Virus record (IMG/VR): IMGVR_UViG_3300029288_000060
Coordinates: 160,001 to 224,000 of that record
Strand: one strand, 5' to 3'
Length of the DNA: 64,000 nt
Origin: a virus
Lineage: Duplodnaviria; Caudoviricetes
Part shown: positions 58,979 to 64,000 of the stretch, in pieces
How the letters are laid out: every line of letters begins with the position of its first letter
Numbering within the stretch: position 1 is the first letter of the stretch
Made by a program: the position numbers and the translations under genes
The notes under the pieces: generated by a model
Seen by the model: the letters and a program-made list of their open reading frames with translations, nothing else
Told to the model about the DNA's origin: nothing
The model's database searches: none

Positions 58979-60985
58979 ATGTATAACCAGGATAATTCAG
59001 ATAAGGTTTTCTTCAACCAAAATGTTATTTATTACAAAGATAAAAATTATAATTCAGGAGGAAGTTTAGAAATTACAATAAGTAATAATACTAATGATTA
59101 TAAAACTTTTTCTGCACCTATCTTACTAATTTCAGTAATCGGAGAAAATAATCTCAGACGTTTGTGTACTTTAACATATGTTGATAGTGTAGATTTATAC
59201 AATTCAATAAATTTTATTATTCAAAACATAGAAAGTATTTACGCTACAAATAGGTCAAACGTATTAGCTAAGAAATATAATTTTGATAAAACTTTAAAAT
59301 TTGAGTTTATCCAAATTCCTGGAATAAATGATAGAGTAGTTTCAATTTCAATAATTCATAATACTTCTGATTTTACTAAAGTTGTAATACCATATTCAGT
59401 ATTTATTTCTTTTGCTATTGGTATTTTAAAGTTTTTTGTAAACCAATACATAGATATATCCTTTTCAATGTCTACAAGAAATTTATTAACTGAAATACTA
59501 GAGCAAAATAAAATGATAAGAAATGGTATCACAGTTTTACCTTCAACATTATTTGAGATAGATAATAAGATTAAGGTAGAAGAAAGTAATCAAGGTTGCG
59601 CGACAGATTTTGCTGTTTCTGGTAATCAAGAAGTAACTAATGATGATATAGTAAAAACTATTGATGACTTTGACAAATTCTTAGGTAAAGATATGGAAAA
59701 TATTGTTTTAGACGACCTTAATAGTAAAGCTATTACAGAAGAAAAAAAGAGTAATAATGTTGAAGTTACTAGTTCATTTATAACTAAAACCTTGACAAAT
59801 GATATGTCAGTTTTAGAAAGTATGTTAACATCTGCAGTCACAAGACCTGATCCAATGATTTCTTTATTTGAAGGTTTTAGAAGAAGCATGAATTTAGATG
59901 AATCATTTACATTTTTACCTTTAATTTCTTCACAAGATTTAAAATCCTTCTTATATATATCTAAAATAACTCATGATTATTATTTAAATTCTTTTATAAA
60001 TAACAATAAATCAATACCAAGTGGTTTTTCAGTTTTAAAATATAATATAGAAGACCATAATAAGGTTGATTTTATAAATACACAAATATCGTATGATCTT
60101 TTATTAATTACAGGTTTTATGAAAATTTTTAGAAACAAAATTGAATCTCGTGAAGCAGATATTAATAAAAATGGTTCTTTATTTTATTTAAGACTAAGAA
60201 CATTTTTAGATCCGTTAGTTTATTCATTTTTAGATGAAACAAAAGGAAATATGATTAATACAATCATATGTAGTAATTTTGATAAATATTCATCTCTTGG
60301 CTTTTTTAATCATTATCAAAAAATATTAACTGAAAATAAATTTGAGGAAATAACAGTTAATGATATAAGAAATTTTTGTAATGAAGTCAATGATAGAATA
60401 TTAGTAAAAGGTTTATTATCTGTAAATATTAATGATATTCATGATAACTTATTTAAAACTGGTTTTTTAAGAATAAAATCAGATAGTAAGTTAAGTATAG
60501 AACAAATAATAAATGAGTTAATTCCATTAGAGATTATGGAAAAAAATGGAATGGAACTAAAAGAAGGGTCTGAAGAACTTAAAAAAGTTTTAATTAATTA
60601 TACTATATCAGATGATGTATTAAATGCTTTTTTTAGAAAAGAACCAAAAATAGAAAAAATAACTAACATTTTAAAAACTGTTAAATTTTATGACAATGAA
60701 GTTCCAGAAAAATGTAAAAAAGAATTTTTTGATTATATAGAACAATTAAAAGAATTAAATTTTGATTTTTCAAACTCTCCATTTGAAATAGAAGAATTTG
60801 GAGAAAATATTATTAAGTCTTTATATGTCTGGAATGAAAGTGATAATAAGAGAGAACATTTAACTTCTTATAGAGAAAAAGTCGAAGAATGTTTATTAAC
60901 AAAAGATTTGATTTTAGCAAAGTATAATAATGTAGTATCAGATACTAATAATAGCGAAGATTGGAATTTAGATCTGTTTGATTAA
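58979..60985 (+). CDS. Large hypothetical protein (668 aa)
   Basis: AAGGAG RBS; acidic/aromatic C-terminus EDWNLDLFD. Confidence 0.85.
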   Translation: MYNQDNSDKVFFNQNVIYYKDKNYNSGGSLEITISNNTNDYKTFSAPILLISVIGENNLRRLCTLTYVDSVDLYNSINFIIQNIESIYATNRSNVLAKKYNFDKTLKFEFIQIPGINDRVVSISIIHNTSDFTKVVIPYSVFISFAIGILKFFVNQYIDISFSMSTRNLLTEILEQNKMIRNGITVLPSTLFEIDNKIKVEESNQGCATDFAVSGNQEVTNDDIVKTIDDFDKFLGKDMENIVLDDLNSKAITEEKKSNNVEVTSSFITKTLTNDMSVLESMLTSAVTRPDPMISLFEGFRRSMNLDESFTFLPLISSQDLKSFLYISKITHDYYLNSFINNNKSIPSGFSVLKYNIEDHNKVDFINTQISYDLLLITGFMKIFRNKIESREADINKNGSLFYLRLRTFLDPLVYSFLDETKGNMINTIICSNFDKYSSLGFFNHYQKILTENKFEEITVNDIRNFCNEVNDRILVKGLLSVNINDIHDNLFKTGFLRIKSDSKLSIEQIINELIPLEIMEKNGMELKEGSEELKKVLINYTISDDVLNAFFRKEPKIEKITNILKTVKFYDNEVPEKCKKEFFDYIEQLKELNFDFSNSPFEIEEFGENIIKSLYVWNESDNKREHLTSYREKVEECLLTKDLILAKYNNVVSDTNNSEDWNLDLFD

Positions 60986-61003
60986 TAAAAAAGAGGATAT
61001 AAA

Positions 61004-61615
61004 ATGAGTTTGAAATTAGGCAAATCATTTAATAGAAATTATGTAATTAGATTACCTTTCCTAGATGGATTTTATGATATTGGGTTATTTTATAATACAA
61101 AATCATCTTTTTTACTATTTAGTGTTGACTCAGATTTTTCACAATCTAAAAATAGAGAGTTAAAACATAGTAACAAAGTTAACATGTTTAAAAATATTGA
61201 ATCTTCAAAATTTTGTGAAACTTTTTTAAATTTACATAATTATAGAAGTACCTCTTTAGATATTTTAAATCAATTTAAAGAAATAAAAAACGATTATACA
61301 TTAGATGTTAATTTTTTATTTAATGAAAGTATAGTCATGTCAAAAATTGAAACAGATGAGTCAACATTTTATGACACATTAAATTTATATTGCTTTACAT
61401 TATCAGCATATATAAATGAATTTTTATTTTTAATTGCTGAAAGACAAAATATTATTTCCAAACTTCATAAAAAAGTTGTTAGAAGTAGCGCTATTCAAAT
61501 TTCAACTTCATCTCCATTAGAACTGATAGATGAATTTTATGAAGAAGCAAGAAAAAGTAAAATAATAGACGTAACAAAAAGAGTGCCTACAGATGGAATT
61601 ATAAAAATAGAGTAA
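61004..61615 (+). CDS. Hypothetical protein
   Basis: 203 aa, GAGGA RBS. Confidence 0.75.
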   Translation: MSLKLGKSFNRNYVIRLPFLDGFYDIGLFYNTKSSFLLFSVDSDFSQSKNRELKHSNKVNMFKNIESSKFCETFLNLHNYRSTSLDILNQFKEIKNDYTLDVNFLFNESIVMSKIETDESTFYDTLNLYCFTLSAYINEFLFLIAERQNIISKLHKKVVRSSAIQISTSSPLELIDEFYEEARKSKIIDVTKRVPTDGIIKIE

Positions 61616-61634
61616 AAATCTGGAGATTTAAAAC

Positions 61635-62855
61635 ATGGCTGATGAAGATAAAATAGAAACTAGATATAACTATTTTTGGATACATAATGTATTTGGAAAT
61701 TTTGTCAAGGATACAATGGATTATTTTTCTGATTATCTTTATCCCAGATTTTCAGATTGGAAAATTATTGGCACATACGACAAAGCTGTTGAACATCTTA
61801 GTAAAGAAATTCAACACGCAAGAGAGATGGATCAACCATTAAGACCAGCTCTTGTGCTTGATCCATCTGGAGATTTTAATTTTGATGAAACTTATGGAAA
61901 GCAACTCTGGAGATTTCCGAATCTTGCTCCAGGTCTTATAAAATATTTATTTAACCCCATATATCAAGATGAAAATATTTTAATCACTGTTGGTTTTAGT
62001 AGACTTGTGGGCGAATTTAATTTTACAGCATTATTATCATCATTTTATGAATATACTGACATGAGAGTTTTTTTAAACTTAATTTTTGGAGGTACAGAAA
62101 GACAAATTTATCCGAGATGGTTTAATTCATTTATTATTTTACCTGAAGAAGTCTATAATTATAGATATTCTAATGACGTTACTGGATTATCTTATAAAAT
62201 CAATATAGAGGATTCTTATAATCAATTAATAAAAACAACAAATACAAATGAAGTTGTTTATCCATGTACTATTTTACCAAGATATAAATTAACTGGAATG
62301 ACAGATTCTTCAGGAAGATTAGGTGGAGTTGATAATTTACCTGATTGGAAATTAGGCTTTACTATTTCATATGAGATTGAAATTCCTACTTTTATAGTTT
62401 TGGAAACTAATTATTTAGTTGAAAAATTTACAATTAACGTTAAATATGGTTCATGTTATACAGCAAATAAAGCATATGAAACGTCTGAAAATCCTCCTGT
62501 AAATATAGAATCATTTGATGGTAATTTAGATTTTGGATTAGATTCAACAGCAAATTCAACTATTACATATCCAGATGAAGCTGTAATTGATAATATAAAA
62601 TCAAGATTGGTCAAGACTAGATATTATCATATTGTAACTGAAAGTGAAGCTGCGTCAACTACATATGTTGATATAACTATTCCAGAAACTGTTACTGATA
62701 ATAATTTACTTAGGTTAAATGGAAAATATGGAAATCTAGTTTATGGAGATAATTATACTATAATAGATAGCGGAGTAACAATAAGAATAAATAAAGAGAA
62801 TGTAACATTAGAAAAAGATGATATTTTAGAAATTTTTATTTATGAATACATTTAA
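61635..62855 (+). CDS. Hypothetical protein, probable virion structural protein
   Basis: 406 aa, beta-rich Ig-like-looking C-terminus; GGAG RBS. Confidence 0.7.
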   Translation: MADEDKIETRYNYFWIHNVFGNFVKDTMDYFSDYLYPRFSDWKIIGTYDKAVEHLSKEIQHAREMDQPLRPALVLDPSGDFNFDETYGKQLWRFPNLAPGLIKYLFNPIYQDENILITVGFSRLVGEFNFTALLSSFYEYTDMRVFLNLIFGGTERQIYPRWFNSFIILPEEVYNYRYSNDVTGLSYKINIEDSYNQLIKTTNTNEVVYPCTILPRYKLTGMTDSSGRLGGVDNLPDWKLGFTISYEIEIPTFIVLETNYLVEKFTINVKYGSCYTANKAYETSENPPVNIESFDGNLDFGLDSTANSTITYPDEAVIDNIKSRLVKTRYYHIVTESEAASTTYVDITIPETVTDNNLLRLNGKYGNLVYGDNYTIIDSGVTIRINKENVTLEKDDILEIFIYEYI

Positions 62856-62867
62856 AAGGAATTTAAA

Positions 62868-63458
62868 ATGAAGTTAGAGGATCAAATTGTTGAAGTTTTT
62901 AATGAAAGTTATTTTATAAAAAATAGTTTTATATGTAATAATGTTGAAAAATTAATAGAAGTTATTAATAAAATAATAATGACAATTAAGTCAGGAAATA
63001 AAATTTTAATTTTTGGAAATGGTGGATCAGCATCTGATTCTCAACATATGGCATCAGAGTTTGTAAATCGTCTTAAAATTGACAGATCTCCATTACCAGC
63101 GATTTCTTTAACTACGGATACATCCATAATAACAAGTATTGGTAACGATTATAGTTTTTCTGAAATATTTTCTAGACAAGTTAGAGCAATTGGTAAACCT
63201 GGAGATATTGCATTTGGTATCACAACAAGCGGGAATTCAATAAATATAATAAAAGCATTTGAAGAAGCTAAAAAAATAGGTTTATTTACAGTTTGCTTAA
63301 CTGGTAATAATGGTGGTAAGATTAATGATATATCTGATTTATCATTAATTGTATCTTCTAATAATACTCAAAGAATTCAAGAAACTCATATAATGATAAT
63401 ACATATTATATGTGAATTAGTTGAAAAATACTTTAGCGAGGGGTATTTTAAAATATGA
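62868..63458 (+). CDS. gmhA: Sedoheptulose-7-phosphate isomerase
   Basis: KILIFGNGGSASDSQH, LPAISLTTD, IGNDYSF, TTSGNS, TQRIQETH. Confidence 0.95.
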   Translation: MKLEDQIVEVFNESYFIKNSFICNNVEKLIEVINKIIMTIKSGNKILIFGNGGSASDSQHMASEFVNRLKIDRSPLPAISLTTDTSIITSIGNDYSFSEIFSRQVRAIGKPGDIAFGITTSGNSINIIKAFEEAKKIGLFTVCLTGNNGGKINDISDLSLIVSSNNTQRIQETHIMIIHIICELVEKYFSEGYFKI

Positions 63459-63991
63459 AATTATATCAAGAATTTTTAATGGGTCAAGATGAAAAAGTTG
63501 AAAAAGAAATTAATGTAGCAGGAGCAGTAATTATAAGAAGAAATGAGGAAGATTCATTTTCAGTTTTAATAATACAAAGAGCTTCAGATGACCATTGGCC
63601 TTTAATACATGAATTTCCCCGAGGGAAGTGTGATAAGGGTGATAAAAATAAACTTCATGAATGTTTAAAACGAGAAGTTAAAGAAGAAACTGGACTTAAT
63701 ATTGTTATTATCAAATATATAGATAAATATGAATATATTGCAGACGAAGGAAAAAGAAAATCCACACAATATAATTATTTATGTATGATGACTAATCCAG
63801 ATCAAAAAATTAAGTTATCTAAAGAACATCAAGATTATAAATGGGTTTCAAGTATGGGTGAGGTTGAGTTACTTGTGCCATCAGAAATGAAGAAAACTAT
63901 TTCTAAGGTTCTTAATAAAAAAGAACAAATCGTTTATTATCCTAAGACTGATGAAGTTATTGAAGAAACACAAAAAAGATGGATAAAATAG
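63455..63991 (+). CDS. NUDIX hydrolase
   Basis: FPRGK..LKREVKEETGL Nudix box; LSKEHQDYKWV. Confidence 0.9.
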   Translation: MKLYQEFLMGQDEKVEKEINVAGAVIIRRNEEDSFSVLIIQRASDDHWPLIHEFPRGKCDKGDKNKLHECLKREVKEETGLNIVIIKYIDKYEYIADEGKRKSTQYNYLCMMTNPDQKIKLSKEHQDYKWVSSMGEVELLVPSEMKKTISKVLNKKEQIVYYPKTDEVIEETQKRWIK

Positions 63992-64000
63992 AATGTTAAA

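Noticed and set aside
59626-59889. - strand 87-aa ORF
   Set aside because: Shadow of the 668-aa + strand gene.
1-64000. Stop-codon reassignment, or a bacterial chromosomal origin for the window
   Set aside because: Genes tile densely in the standard code with TAA, TAG and TGA all used as stops. Virion genes, T4-like replication genes and a divergent RNAP without ribosomal-protein neighbours indicate a phage.

Overview
Very AT-rich, gene-dense segment of a large tailed-phage (jumbo-type) genome, not a bacterial chromosome. Genes run on the - strand from 1 to about 58.2 kb and on the + strand after a 766-bp divergent intergenic region. The window encodes its own multi-subunit RNA polymerase (beta' followed by beta). 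It has T4-like replication, recombination and virion genes: type II topoisomerase B subunit, clamp, clamp loader, primase, RecA/UvsX, RuvC, 5'-3' exonuclease, Dda-like helicase, and gp5-, gp53- and gp13-like proteins. Nucleotide metabolism is represented by class II RNR, ThyX, dNMP kinase and NUDIX, and there is one tRNA-Pro. About 14 kb consists of small accessory ORFs. Main observations: (1) the RNAP beta gene and a second gene are each interrupted by the same A9G run in the same codon phase (NNA AAA AAA AAG T) with an open -1 frame behind it, which suggests a shared recoding/slippage signal or a homopolymer error; (2) a dispersed heptose pathway (GmhA, HldE-type kinase, GmhB fused to a deoxyhypusine-synthase-like domain); (3) a higher-GC array of small Cys-rich genes built from shuffled modules, joined by conserved gene-end/RBS/start repeats; (4) two recurring intergenic promoter-like motifs and a candidate sigma-like subunit; (5) GC-rich hairpins at the strand switch. 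All product calls come from recognising motifs by eye; no database searches were run.
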